64,000 bases of DNA, taken from NCBI GenBank assembly GCA_963663165.1, contig OY760175.1, positions 128,001-192,000 on the forward strand. Reading direction: 5' to 3'. Position 1 is the first letter of the stretch. Every line of letters starts with the position of its first letter. This DNA comes from an uncultured Desulfospira sp. Lineage in GTDB: Bacteria; Desulfobacterota; Desulfobacteria; Desulfobacterales; Desulfobacteraceae. The notes beneath the pieces are model-generated. The model worked only from the letters and a program-made list of their open reading frames with translations, made no database searches and was not told the DNA's origin. Shown in pieces: positions 35,491-45,054 of the stretch. Position numbers and translations under genes: made by a program.

Positions 35491-38028
35491 TTGAATATGA
35501 AAGGATCAGTATTTCTGCGCGAATTTATTTTTTCTATGTTGATGACGGTGTTCCTGGCAGGTGTTTTTTTAGTTCCAAAAGTCCATGCAACCTTGTCATA
35601 CAGTGGTGGTATCAAGCCGGGTGATCTACCAAATACCTGGGACAGCTCAACAAGGGTTTATATCGGCTATGATGATACCGGAATGGTATCTGTCACCGGC
35701 GGCAGCAAAATTGAGAGCTCACAGGTCCATATCGGGTGCGGTTCTGCTACGGCGGGAACAGTGACCGTTGAAGGAGAAGGCTCTGCCTGGACCAGCAGCG
35801 GCGACCTTTATGTCGGCCGCAAGGGTGCGGGAACTATGCTGATCACCAATAGCGGGTCAATGACCAGTGCCGGGGCCTATCTTGGCTATTATGCGGGTGC
35901 CACGGGCAGTGCCATTGTTGACGGCCAAGGGTCTTCCTGGATCAATAGCGAAGACCTTTACATCGGGTATCGGGGTTCCGGCTCCCTTGATATTTTAAAC
36001 CATGCAACCGTTCAGGTTTTAGGAGAAACCGTTTTAAATGAAAACGGGACCATCAATTTTGGGGAAAACGGCGGGACATTGACCACCGGTGCCTTGTACA
36101 CCGGCGCCTCCCAGCTGTCAGGATCGGGGACCGTCAATACCTGCAGCATTGTTGCGGATGCAGATATTGTTCTGGACAGCACTTACGAAAGTACCCAATC
36201 CTTTCTAATCGATCAGGTCACTGTCAGCCTTGTGGACAGCGATACCCGAACCATCGGGGTTGGATATCGCCAGGAAGGCAATCTGACCATAAGCCAGGGG
36301 GTATCCCTGACATCATATACCGCCTATCTTGGCTACAATTCAGGCGCTCAAGGAACGGCCGTTGTGGACGGCCCTAACGCCGCCTGGACCAACGATGCCA
36401 AACTTTATGTGGGCCGCAGCGGTACCGGGACCTTATCCATTACCAACGGTGGAACCGTCTCCGGGTTAACGGATTTTTCCGGTGCCTATCTGGGGTATTA
36501 TTCGGGTTCCACCGGTGTGGCAACCGTTGAAGGGGACGGGTCCTCATGGACCAATAGCGGCGGAATGGTTGTGGGCCGAAACGGGACGGGAATACTGACC
36601 ATTGCCAAAGGCGGGAAGGTATCGGATTCCTCCGCTTATATCGGGCATGGCAGTTACGCAAAAGGTTCGGTATCCGTTGATGGAGAAGGTTCGGCTTTTA
36701 CCAGCAGCTGGAACCTGATGGTGGGCTACAACGGTGAAGGCAGTCTGTCCATTACAAACGCCGGAGAGGTGTCCAGTGGATACGGCTCTGTTGGGCGGTA
36801 TGAAGGCTCTTTCGGCACGGTGTCCATTGATGGCGAAGGTTCTTCATGGACAATTAACCGGGGCAGTTTTCTGGTGGGTGACGGGGGTACCGGGATACTG
36901 ACCATTACCAATGGCGGGTCGTTCATCAGCCTGGGCTCCCATGTCGGCTATTCTTCCAATGCCGTTGGCCGGGTCTATATTGATGGAAAAGGGTCCTCCT
37001 GGATCAGCCGGAAAAGCCTTTCCGTGGGCGGCAGCGGTACGGGATCCATTGACATCACCAATGCCGGTTCATTGTGGAGTTCCCGGGCTGTTATCGGCAG
37101 CCATTCAGGTGCCACCGGAACGGTCACCGTTAACGGGCAGGGATCTTCCTGGACCAACAGCAGTGATCTGTCCGTGGAAAGTTCCGGCAGCACGCTGGCC
37201 GTCAGTGACGGCGGCCGGGTGACTTCAGAGGGTGCATCCATTGGTAGCGGGGCGGTGGTAAGTCTTGACATTCACAGTTCTTTTCTGGTCGGTACAGCGG
37301 ACAATGAATGGGGCGGGACCATTACAAATGATGGAACCATACGCCTGGCGGCTGGTGCCGGAGCAGACACCGGGACATATACCCCCATATCCTTTGGTGA
37401 AATGAGCGGTGACGGCATCATCCAGGCCATGGGCGGCCTGTGGGATGCAGATACCCGGACGGTAACGGTTTTTGAAGCTGTTAATGCCAGGGGTGAAACC
37501 GTTGCCGCTGTTGATCTTGATCTATCTGAAAATCAGCGGGCCCTGGTTTTGGACACTTCTACCGGCATGTCAGCCGGTGCCGCATTTACAGGGACGGATG
37601 CTGAAACTCAAATACAAGTGTCTGTGGCAGCGGTTACCGGCGGAACCCTGGAACTGCTTGACAGCCTGACCAGAGGAACAACAGAGCAGATTCTGTCTGC
37701 CTGGCAATTTTCAGTCACCGGATATACCGTAAATGAAGATCGCCCGGTATACCTTTCTTTAGATGCCGCATCCGCTTCGGATCTTCTGGACCTGAGCATC
37801 TGGGTTTTTCTGGATGGGTCATGGGAAGAATATGATCCGGCAGACCTTTCATTTGATGGGGCATATGCCAGTTTCACCGCAACCGGCCTTGGCACCTTTG
37901 CCGTGACATCAGCGGCTTGTGTTCCCCTGCCCGGGGCCATGGGGCTGTTTTGTTCCGGGCTTATTTTCATCGCGGGGATCTCCAGACGCGGGGGGATAAT
38001 GAAGCCAAAAAGAAATGAGAAAAGTTAA
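35491..38028 (+). CDS. Secreted beta-strand repeat protein (T5SS/PEP-CTERM-associated repeats) with VPLP-CTERM-like sorting signal
   Basis: Signal peptide ending VHA; repeated G.V.VDG.GSSWT...L.VG..G.G.L.I.NGG units; C-terminal VPLPGAMGLFCSGLIFIAGISRR. Confidence 0.8.
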   Translation: MNMKGSVFLREFIFSMLMTVFLAGVFLVPKVHATLSYSGGIKPGDLPNTWDSSTRVYIGYDDTGMVSVTGGSKIESSQVHIGCGSATAGTVTVEGEGSAWTSSGDLYVGRKGAGTMLITNSGSMTSAGAYLGYYAGATGSAIVDGQGSSWINSEDLYIGYRGSGSLDILNHATVQVLGETVLNENGTINFGENGGTLTTGALYTGASQLSGSGTVNTCSIVADADIVLDSTYESTQSFLIDQVTVSLVDSDTRTIGVGYRQEGNLTISQGVSLTSYTAYLGYNSGAQGTAVVDGPNAAWTNDAKLYVGRSGTGTLSITNGGTVSGLTDFSGAYLGYYSGSTGVATVEGDGSSWTNSGGMVVGRNGTGILTIAKGGKVSDSSAYIGHGSYAKGSVSVDGEGSAFTSSWNLMVGYNGEGSLSITNAGEVSSGYGSVGRYEGSFGTVSIDGEGSSWTINRGSFLVGDGGTGILTITNGGSFISLGSHVGYSSNAVGRVYIDGKGSSWISRKSLSVGGSGTGSIDITNAGSLWSSRAVIGSHSGATGTVTVNGQGSSWTNSSDLSVESSGSTLAVSDGGRVTSEGASIGSGAVVSLDIHSSFLVGTADNEWGGTITNDGTIRLAAGAGADTGTYTPISFGEMSGDGIIQAMGGLWDADTRTVTVFEAVNARGETVAAVDLDLSENQRALVLDTSTGMSAGAAFTGTDAETQIQVSVAAVTGGTLELLDSLTRGTTEQILSAWQFSVTGYTVNEDRPVYLSLDAASASDLLDLSIWVFLDGSWEEYDPADLSFDGAYASFTATGLGTFAVTSAACVPLPGAMGLFCSGLIFIAGISRRGGIMKPKRNEKS

Positions 38029-38032
38029 TGGC

Positions 38033-40675
38033 TTACAATTCCCCGGCTTTTTTTCTAATATAGATTAAATCCTCCAGACCAATCTGCCCATCGCCATTAA
38101 TGTCTATTTTAATGATGGCGTTGTCTGAATATATCCCGGTATATGTACCGCCGGCCAATAGTTTAAGGGCAATGGCCAAATCATACCGGTCAATCTTCCA
38201 ATTTCCGTCCAGGTCTCCTTTGAGCCGTAAATACGGATCATCGTCAACATAATTGGCAATGCCGTCCCCATCGGTATCTGCCGTTGGATGAAAGCCTTTG
38301 ACGTATTTTAACGCATAATACGGAGCGATCCGATATAATAGATGAATCTGGCCCAAGTCATCAACACAAAAGGAATGGGTTGATTTCAAATTGTTATCAT
38401 AATCTATGGCTTCTATTCTCCAGGCGCTGTCCAGTTTCGTGATGTATTTAACCTGCTTGTAATTTGTTATCACAATATGGCAGTTCTGGTTGGCATCAAT
38501 TTTTATTTTGGGGTCATAGCTTCTGCTGTATACGGTATTTATTGATTCTGTGGCCCAGGTCCCACTTGTATTATTGGTATATTTCAAATTCCTGTAATAA
38601 CCGTTGGCGTCATAATAAATAATATGGGCTTTCCCGGACGTATCAATGTCCAGCCCAACCTCTCCCTGGACTTCTTCAAGATAGCCCAGAATTCCCTCAT
38701 CATGAACCCAGGTGCCTGATATGTTGCTGCTGTAAACAAGAACACTGGTGTTTCCTGAGCAGATATGGGCATTGCCTGACGGGTCCGCAACAATACAATT
38801 GTATAGGATTTCGTAGCCTGTGGTGCGCAGGGTCTGCCGGACCCATTCTCCGGAACCGTTGGTGAGGTAATAAAGTGCCTCATCAACCGCATAAGCAATG
38901 TGGGCCGCACCGGCATCATCCGTATCTATGGAAATACAGGCCTCGCACTCGGCGAGGACCTCTGTGGACCAGTCTCCGGAAATATTTGAGGCAAGGGCTA
39001 ATGATTCCCCGTCAATATAGGCAATATATGCTTTCCCCGCTGATGTGGCGGCTATGGCAAGGTAGTCAGAGGGGTCAACCGCCGGGTTAATGATTTCTTC
39101 GACCCACTGCCCTGAATGGTTTGTCTGATATCTGAGTGTGTTGTCGGCGTTGAAATAAGCGACGTGGACATGGCCTGACGCATCACTTGTAATGACTGAC
39201 TTTCCGTCCCATAGGTTGGTTTCTGACAGGGTTTCAAATTGGAAAAAACTGTTATCCGTTGTCCAGGTATAAGTGGTGCATTCATCAACAGACTGCCAGC
39301 ATCCTGCCGCATTCTTGACAATGACACGCAGAGAGTGAACCCCTTTTTTAAGGCTGTCAATTTTGATTTCATTGAGCGATGTCTCTTGGGAAAACGGGCC
39401 GTTATCAATGCTGTAGCGGTATGCCACAATATTGGCGCCGGTAACTTGAAAATACTCATAACAGGCAAATTCAGGTTTTGATGGTTTTGAATAAAAGGGG
39501 TGATGAAGAATAGTGACTTCAGTCGTTAAGTTGACATATTTAACCACAGGTTGGTTGTCGTCCGGATAAACTGAAAAGGGCTCCACGTCGGAATAATCCA
39601 TATATGAGAAGTGAATCGCCCCATTCAAATCTATGGCAGGCTCAATGACCATGCCGGAGCATGAAAGGCCATCTTCGTCTGCAACCCCTGTATACCATTG
39701 CCCTGAACTGTTTGTGGAATAAAAAATCCCGCCATTATCTCTGGAAAGGATGTGAGCGTTATGGTCTGAATCAATCCGGATGGCAGGGGTGGCACCATCG
39801 GTGTCATATGGGTTGACGGTTTCATAAATCCATTCCCCGGTATTGTTTGTTGCATAAATAAGAGAGTAACTCGTTGTACAATCATACGAAGTACAATATG
39901 TGGATACCTTTTGATAGGCAATATACAAACTGCCGGTCCGGTCAATGGCTAACGACGGCGACCGCAGATCTCCTGAGGCAATTTCTTGGGTTGTCCATGA
40001 GCCGTTTGAATACGTACCATAATAAATTCCCTGGGAGTGGGTGGAATTGTAATTGTCATACACAAGGTGAATATTGCCACTCGCGTCTAAGGCAAAATCA
40101 AACCCCATGCCGATATTGGATAAAAGTTCAAGGGCCTGGTTTTGCCAGGAGCCGTTTTTGTTGGTGATCAGGTTCAAGGTGCCGGCAGTCTTATCTGCAT
40201 AGCAAATATAGGCGTTGCCGTCCGGGTCAACCGCCAGTATGGCAAACCTTCCCGCATTTTGACCGTTAAGGATTTCCTTTGTAATCCATTGCGTTCCCGT
40301 TTTTCTTGCATAAATGAGGGTGTCTCCTGACTTGTCATAGGCGCAGACATGAATCGTATCAGACGCGTCAATTTTTATTGAATGATAGGTATACGTGCCC
40401 TCAATGGCACGGATGGTTTCGGCTTCCCATTCCCCGGACACCAGAATTTTGTGCTTTAGCTGATCATCTTCTGAAACCACCATATGCAATCTGTTTGTGC
40501 TGTCAACCGCTAACGGCACATTCTCCCCGGGTGTTACCGTAAAATAAGAGCAGGCGGATGGTCCTGTAATGGTTATTGCAAATAAAGGGGTTGCTGAAAA
40601 AAAGAGCGTTAAAAGAAAAAACATGGCCGTTGCGGCCGGTTTTATCATTTTTTGTTTTATTTGATTTGGCAACAT
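38033..40675 (-). CDS. Secreted protein with two beta-propeller-like repeat blocks, an Ig-like linker and a C-terminal dockerin/EF-hand-like domain
   Basis: Signal peptide; repeated (I/L)A.D..G..HI.Y ... Y.TN.SG.W units; C-terminal GDLDGNWKIDRYD...DINGDGQIGLED. Start uncertain (40675 or 40648). Confidence 0.75.
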   Translation of the reverse strand: MLPNQIKQKMIKPAATAMFFLLTLFFSATPLFAITITGPSACSYFTVTPGENVPLAVDSTNRLHMVVSEDDQLKHKILVSGEWEAETIRAIEGTYTYHSIKIDASDTIHVCAYDKSGDTLIYARKTGTQWITKEILNGQNAGRFAILAVDPDGNAYICYADKTAGTLNLITNKNGSWQNQALELLSNIGMGFDFALDASGNIHLVYDNYNSTHSQGIYYGTYSNGSWTTQEIASGDLRSPSLAIDRTGSLYIAYQKVSTYCTSYDCTTSYSLIYATNNTGEWIYETVNPYDTDGATPAIRIDSDHNAHILSRDNGGIFYSTNSSGQWYTGVADEDGLSCSGMVIEPAIDLNGAIHFSYMDYSDVEPFSVYPDDNQPVVKYVNLTTEVTILHHPFYSKPSKPEFACYEYFQVTGANIVAYRYSIDNGPFSQETSLNEIKIDSLKKGVHSLRVIVKNAAGCWQSVDECTTYTWTTDNSFFQFETLSETNLWDGKSVITSDASGHVHVAYFNADNTLRYQTNHSGQWVEEIINPAVDPSDYLAIAATSAGKAYIAYIDGESLALASNISGDWSTEVLAECEACISIDTDDAGAAHIAYAVDEALYYLTNGSGEWVRQTLRTTGYEILYNCIVADPSGNAHICSGNTSVLVYSSNISGTWVHDEGILGYLEEVQGEVGLDIDTSGKAHIIYYDANGYYRNLKYTNNTSGTWATESINTVYSRSYDPKIKIDANQNCHIVITNYKQVKYITKLDSAWRIEAIDYDNNLKSTHSFCVDDLGQIHLLYRIAPYYALKYVKGFHPTADTDGDGIANYVDDDPYLRLKGDLDGNWKIDRYDLAIALKLLAGGTYTGIYSDNAIIKIDINGDGQIGLEDLIYIRKKAGEL

Positions 40676-40706
40676 ATGAGTTTTTGTGTCCTTGGTTTCA
40701 ATGGTT

Positions 40707-40800
40707 TTATATGAAAGTCTCACTAACATCTTGAGAAGACTTTCATTATTCGTTGTGGGCGGTTCTTGGTTGGATAACCAGGGCGGCCCGTGGCCGTTAT
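40707..40800 (-). repeat. 94-nt structured dispersed repeat (copy 2)
   Basis: Reverse-complement match to 17788-17881. Confidence 0.9.
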
Positions 40801-40815
40801 TCAGTGTGGGGCCGC

Positions 40816-41760
40816 TTACCAGCAGTCAACCCTGCCGAAATCCTCAGTAAACAGGTAAAGATCAATTTCATCTACGTCACCGTCTTCGTCGAGATCACCA
40901 CTGCAAGATGAATTTGCCGTGCCGTCTTCCATGGCATAGTCCATTGAAAATATGGCGGTGTCCCTGCCGTCAACGCCATTGCCGTTATCAAAGTTTGCAA
41001 TGCAGTCCGGAATGTCATACTCGTTTTTCGGGTTGCTACCTGACAGATACTCTCGTAAATTGCAGTACCCGTCTACATCGTCATCATACAGGGCATCCGC
41101 AACCACAGGATCCAGATCATATGTTGTTTCAAAGTCATCCGGCATTCCGTCATTGTCGTCATCGAGATCGGCATTGTCCCCGATACCATCTGAATCAGAG
41201 TCCTGCCATTCTTCCGGGTCCTCGGGAAACAGGTCGTCCTGATCCTGGATGCCGTCACCATCCGAGTCCTTGAAGACACAAACCTCAATGGCTGGGTTTT
41301 GGGACAAAGTACCTATTGCGGTTTCAAAATTATTCGATTCTGAACCATATGCATTGACCATAACAGCGGCATTTTCATAGAGGTCCTGGTCCCCCGGGTC
41401 ATAGACGTTATCAGAATCCATATCCGTTCCCCAGCCGGCCCGGGGTTGAAACAATGAACTCTGGGTAAGTTCAAACCGGTATGTTCCGGAAACGGCATTG
41501 TCTTTACAGGTTAGATGAATTGTAAACAGGATGGATTCCGAAGCTGGATCTCCGGCAGCGCTCACATCAGAGCAGACACCGCTTAACTGGATTTTTCCGG
41601 CGACGGCACGGTTCGCTGTCCAGGAGGATACGGATTCTTCACCACTGTCAAAAGGAGTAAAAAAGGTGCTTGAAACCGGGTTTGTATCAAGGTCAAATGC
41701 CTGTTCGGGGTAATTTAAAGTGAACGCACAGGCCGTCTGATTGGCTGCAAATATTTTCAT
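40816..41760 (-). CDS. Asp-rich Ca-binding surface-protein fragment (cohesin-like start, thrombospondin type-3-like repeats, dockerin-like end), probably 5'-truncated
   Basis: DSDGDGIQDQDDLFPEDPEEWQDSDSDGIGDNADLDDDNDG; NFDNGNGVDGRD...GDLDEDGDVDEID; no signal peptide visible. Confidence 0.65.
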   Translation of the reverse strand: MKIFAANQTACAFTLNYPEQAFDLDTNPVSSTFFTPFDSGEESVSSWTANRAVAGKIQLSGVCSDVSAAGDPASESILFTIHLTCKDNAVSGTYRFELTQSSLFQPRAGWGTDMDSDNVYDPGDQDLYENAAVMVNAYGSESNNFETAIGTLSQNPAIEVCVFKDSDGDGIQDQDDLFPEDPEEWQDSDSDGIGDNADLDDDNDGMPDDFETTYDLDPVVADALYDDDVDGYCNLREYLSGSNPKNEYDIPDCIANFDNGNGVDGRDTAIFSMDYAMEDGTANSSCSGDLDEDGDVDEIDLYLFTEDFGRVDCW

Positions 41761-41848
41761 AATACCCTTTGGGAGTGAATGGCTGTTCCGCCATTGAATG
41801 GAAGGGGATTGGTTAAGCTATAAAACCGGTTGAATGATTTCGGAGCCG

Positions 41849-43024
41849 CTAATGAAAGGGATTTTGACTGAATGTCAATGCCAGATCGGCCCCCTTTGCA
41901 TGGGATTCTATCTGTAATGGTCCGGGCCATTGGATTTCGATCCGTGTCAGGTCCTGGCCGTCTGTCGGAACAAGATTGATAAACCCCTGGTGGGCCTTGA
42001 CGGTGAGCATGGCTGAGTAGGTGCCAAGCCCTGTGCCGTTCTTTTTGCCTGCGGTTACAAATTTTTCAAAAAACCGTTCCCGGATGCTTTCGGGTACAGG
42101 ACCCTGGTTCTCGATAACGATTAAAGGATTTTCAGGCCGGCTCAATCTTATGCCAACCTTTCCCTGACGGGGCGATGCTTCCAGGGCATTGGTGACCAGG
42201 TTGCTCACCATGGAGTAAAAAAGCATGTGGTCGCACAGAATTATAAATTGGTCATCTTTATCCCTTGGATGATCGTTAACCATAATCCGGACATTCAGTT
42301 CCATGCGCTGGGTCAGACAGTGGTTTCCCAGCAAAACCTGGTCCAGCATCGGCAGGATGTCGGTCTCTTCAATCTTAAGGTGATATAAGCCGTTTTCCAG
42401 TTTATACAGGCTCAAAGACTGATTGAGCATGTTAAGCATGGTGTAGCAGGTTTTGATCTGTTTGCCGGCCACGGCCTTGAGCTTCTCAAAGCCCATGGCC
42501 GGATTAACGGATATCAACTGTGCTGTTGCCAGGATAACCTGAAGGGGATTTTTTAAATCGTGCCGGGTGATTTGTTCCACCTGGGCCCTTAACTTAAGGT
42601 TTTCGCAAAGCAGATCATTCTGGCGTTTAAGTTCTTTTCTGGCCTGGGCCAGTTCCAGGTGGGTTTTTACCCGGGCGCTCACCACGGAAGGACTGAATGG
42701 CTTGATGATATAGTCAACCGCGCCAAGCTCAAATCCGCGGGTTTCATCTCCTTCGCGGGACAGGCTGGTTACAAAAAGGACCGGGATATCCTTTAAGCCG
42801 GGATCCTTTTTGATCCTTTTGCAGACTTCGTAGCCGTCCATCCGGGGCATTAGAATATCCAGGATCACAAGGTCCGGCTTTTCTTTGCCAATGGCCTCAA
42901 GTGCCTGGATTCCGTTGGTGGCCGCACTGACCTGATACAGGCCCCCAAGGACATTTACAAGGATATCTAAATTGGCCGGGACATCGTCCACCACCAGTAT
43001 CCGCTTTTCAGACAAGGATGACAT
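41849..43024 (-). CDS. Hybrid response regulator / histidine kinase (REC-HisKA-HATPase)
   Basis: ILVVDD...ILDILMP...KP; RHDLKNPL H-box; NLVTNALEA; GTGLG; AGGAG RBS before ATG 43024. Confidence 0.92.
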   Translation of the reverse strand: MSSLSEKRILVVDDVPANLDILVNVLGGLYQVSAATNGIQALEAIGKEKPDLVILDILMPRMDGYEVCKRIKKDPGLKDIPVLFVTSLSREGDETRGFELGAVDYIIKPFSPSVVSARVKTHLELAQARKELKRQNDLLCENLKLRAQVEQITRHDLKNPLQVILATAQLISVNPAMGFEKLKAVAGKQIKTCYTMLNMLNQSLSLYKLENGLYHLKIEETDILPMLDQVLLGNHCLTQRMELNVRIMVNDHPRDKDDQFIILCDHMLFYSMVSNLVTNALEASPRQGKVGIRLSRPENPLIVIENQGPVPESIRERFFEKFVTAGKKNGTGLGTYSAMLTVKAHQGFINLVPTDGQDLTRIEIQWPGPLQIESHAKGADLALTFSQNPFH

Positions 43025-43169
43025 CTTATCTCCTGTTCGCAAGGCCGGGTGTGATAGAATTTTTTATATGCGAAGTCTCTCTAATACCCTGAAATGACGT
43101 TGATTTTCTATAATAGGCGAAGTGAGGGGGTAAATCAAGCTTTCTTTAGAGGCCGTTATTCTTCCGTAT

Positions 43170-43496
43170 TTAATTTTCTTTTTTGTTTTCAAGCACCGTG
43201 TCCATTCTTGCCAGAAAATCGTTATAGGACTGCTGGGAACAGGTGCCGTCAAAGATTTCGTTAGCAAAGGCAACATGCTGCTTATTATGAAGGCCAATCC
43301 AGCCGTACAGGCGGTGGCCGCCTTTGGAACCGGCTTCTTCAGCTCCGAAGGCCAGGTAAATATGGCCGTTTTCACAATGCCGGGGGCGGGGCACAATCTC
43401 GGCTGCCTGGCCCTTGTAATAACAATCATGTTGCCCGCCGTCGGCGGTGAGCCAGTAATCATCGGGGTTTTCTGTGGTTTTCAGGACAATGCCCAC
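43170..43496 (-). CDS. Hypothetical protein or gene remnant
   Basis: 108-aa ORF of globular composition filling the intergenic gap; no clear RBS; frame is open back to the yajD stop. Confidence 0.4.
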   Translation of the reverse strand: MGIVLKTTENPDDYWLTADGGQHDCYYKGQAAEIVPRPRHCENGHIYLAFGAEEAGSKGGHRLYGWIGLHNKQHVAFANEIFDGTCSQQSYNDFLARMDTVLENKKEN

Positions 43497-43544
43497 GGCG
43501 CGGTAATATGTACCGCTATCCCGCGTTTCCGGCCGGCAGAAAGG

Positions 43545-43904
43545 TTACAATTTGCCTTTTAACATATCTGCAAGCCCTGCAAACGGATTGGTGGAGCCGC
43601 CGGAGTCTGCGGTACTCCCGGCCACTTCATCGGAATAGGCATCAGCAACCTGGTCCCGGGAATGTTCGTTGTCGTGGCAATAGATACAAAGCAGTTCCCA
43701 GTTGCTCCCATCCGGCGGGTTATTGTCGTGGTTATGGTCTTTATGGTGAACAGTAAGTTCCTTGACTCGTTTGCCTTCAAATTCACGTCCGCAGTGGGCA
43801 CAGATCCAGGGGAACATCTTAAGGGCACGCTCCCGGTAGCCAGCCTGGCGGGACTGTTGTTCTTTTAACACTTTCTGAATAAGGTTTTCTTCTTTCTTAG
43901 ACAT
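43545..43904 (-). CDS. yajD: YajD-family HNH nuclease
   Basis: GYRERALKMFPWICAHCGREF...LTVHHKDHNHDNNPPDGSNWELLCIYCHDNEHSR; AGGAG RBS. Confidence 0.88.
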   Translation of the reverse strand: MSKKEENLIQKVLKEQQSRQAGYRERALKMFPWICAHCGREFEGKRVKELTVHHKDHNHDNNPPDGSNWELLCIYCHDNEHSRDQVADAYSDEVAGSTADSGGSTNPFAGLADMLKGKL

Positions 43905-44129
43905 ATGATCTACTCCTGTTTTTTGGGCCTGGACCGGGGTTAAGGTTTCTTTTCCTGACCTGAAATAAATTTTTCGTTCCAGGGCATCTGTTTTTTTCGC
44001 CGGCGGTGTCAAAATCAAAGGGAAACTGGCCGAGGCTCAAATCACTGTTTTTTCATGGGGGGTGAAAAATGAATCCAGGGGACGTTACGACGCTGTGAAG
44101 CCGGATAAAGTCCCCCGGAGTTTATGCTG

Positions 44130-44244
44130 GTGTTTGAACGAAAAGTCACCCATCCGCTGTGTTGCAGAAAAACCTGCATCCGGGCAGCTTTGTGAGATAA
44201 ATCTCCTCTGCGAGCCGCCCCAACACGGGTTTTCCTTCAGGCAG
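44130..44244 (-). mobile_element. Degenerate copy of MITE family A
   Basis: 44130-44173 matches the reverse complement of the right end of 4427-4570, and 44222-44244 matches the left end; inner hairpin lost; flanks TATGCTG / TATGTTA. Confidence 0.65.
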
Positions 44245-44282
44245 TATGTTAAGATAAGGGCTTTCCTTGCGTGTGTAAGGGG

Positions 44283-44864
44283 TTATAATCCCAAAAGCCC
44301 TTTGCGGACCTTTTCATCGGCGTTCTCCCCGACATTATACCGGTAGTACATCTGGGCAAAGGTAGCGCCGGGAATGGTGCCCTTGACCTGGCCCTGGTAG
44401 GTCAGGGTAAGCCCCTTGCCCGGTACGTAAAGGGATTCCGAGGTCAGGCCCGGCTTCATGTCCTTGTCCAGCCAGGAAGCGTATTTCTCAATGTCCGCCT
44501 GGTTGGCCTCCACCAGGTCCTTGGGGTTTCCCTTTTCCATTAATTCCACAAATCCTTCGCTGATTTTTTTGGCCGTGGCTTTGCTGGTCAGGTAGTGGGT
44601 GAGCATGTATTTGACCTGCTCGGATTCGATCAGTTCCTTGGCATCCTTGGTGGGATGTTCAAGATAGAGGCCCACGGCATAGACCTTCACGAAGCCCAGT
44701 TTCTTCAGGTAGGAAACGCCGTTGAGCGTGAGTTTTTTACCGTCAATGGTTTTTTCGCCGGGAAACTTCACCCCTAGAATCTCCATGTCGCCGGCATGTC
44801 CCACTGCTCCGGTAAACAAGAAAACAACAACCAGTACTGCCAACACAACACCATGTCGCTTCAT
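44283..44864 (-). CDS. Secreted chalcone isomerase-like protein
   Basis: Signal peptide; GVKFP...LTLNG...FVKVYAVGLYL; GTIPGATFA; LLG C-terminus. Confidence 0.82.
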   Translation of the reverse strand: MKRHGVVLAVLVVVFLFTGAVGHAGDMEILGVKFPGEKTIDGKKLTLNGVSYLKKLGFVKVYAVGLYLEHPTKDAKELIESEQVKYMLTHYLTSKATAKKISEGFVELMEKGNPKDLVEANQADIEKYASWLDKDMKPGLTSESLYVPGKGLTLTYQGQVKGTIPGATFAQMYYRYNVGENADEKVRKGLLGL

Positions 44865-45054
44865 TTTCCTCTCCTTTTAAGTTTTAAACGTTTCGGTCAG
44901 CTGTCCTCCGATATAGGATAGACCTTCGTTTTTGTCAATCAAACAAAGTATGAAAAAATCAAACCGGGTTATTGTTTATGGGAAACGGACTTATATATTC
45001 AGCCTTGCTGTTAATTGGGCTCCAGCCAATGAATTTGATTAAGCGCCGGATTTC

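Noticed and set aside
43545..43904. HNH nuclease as a defence or homing element
   Set aside because: Matches the widespread short YajD type and has no mobile or defence context here.
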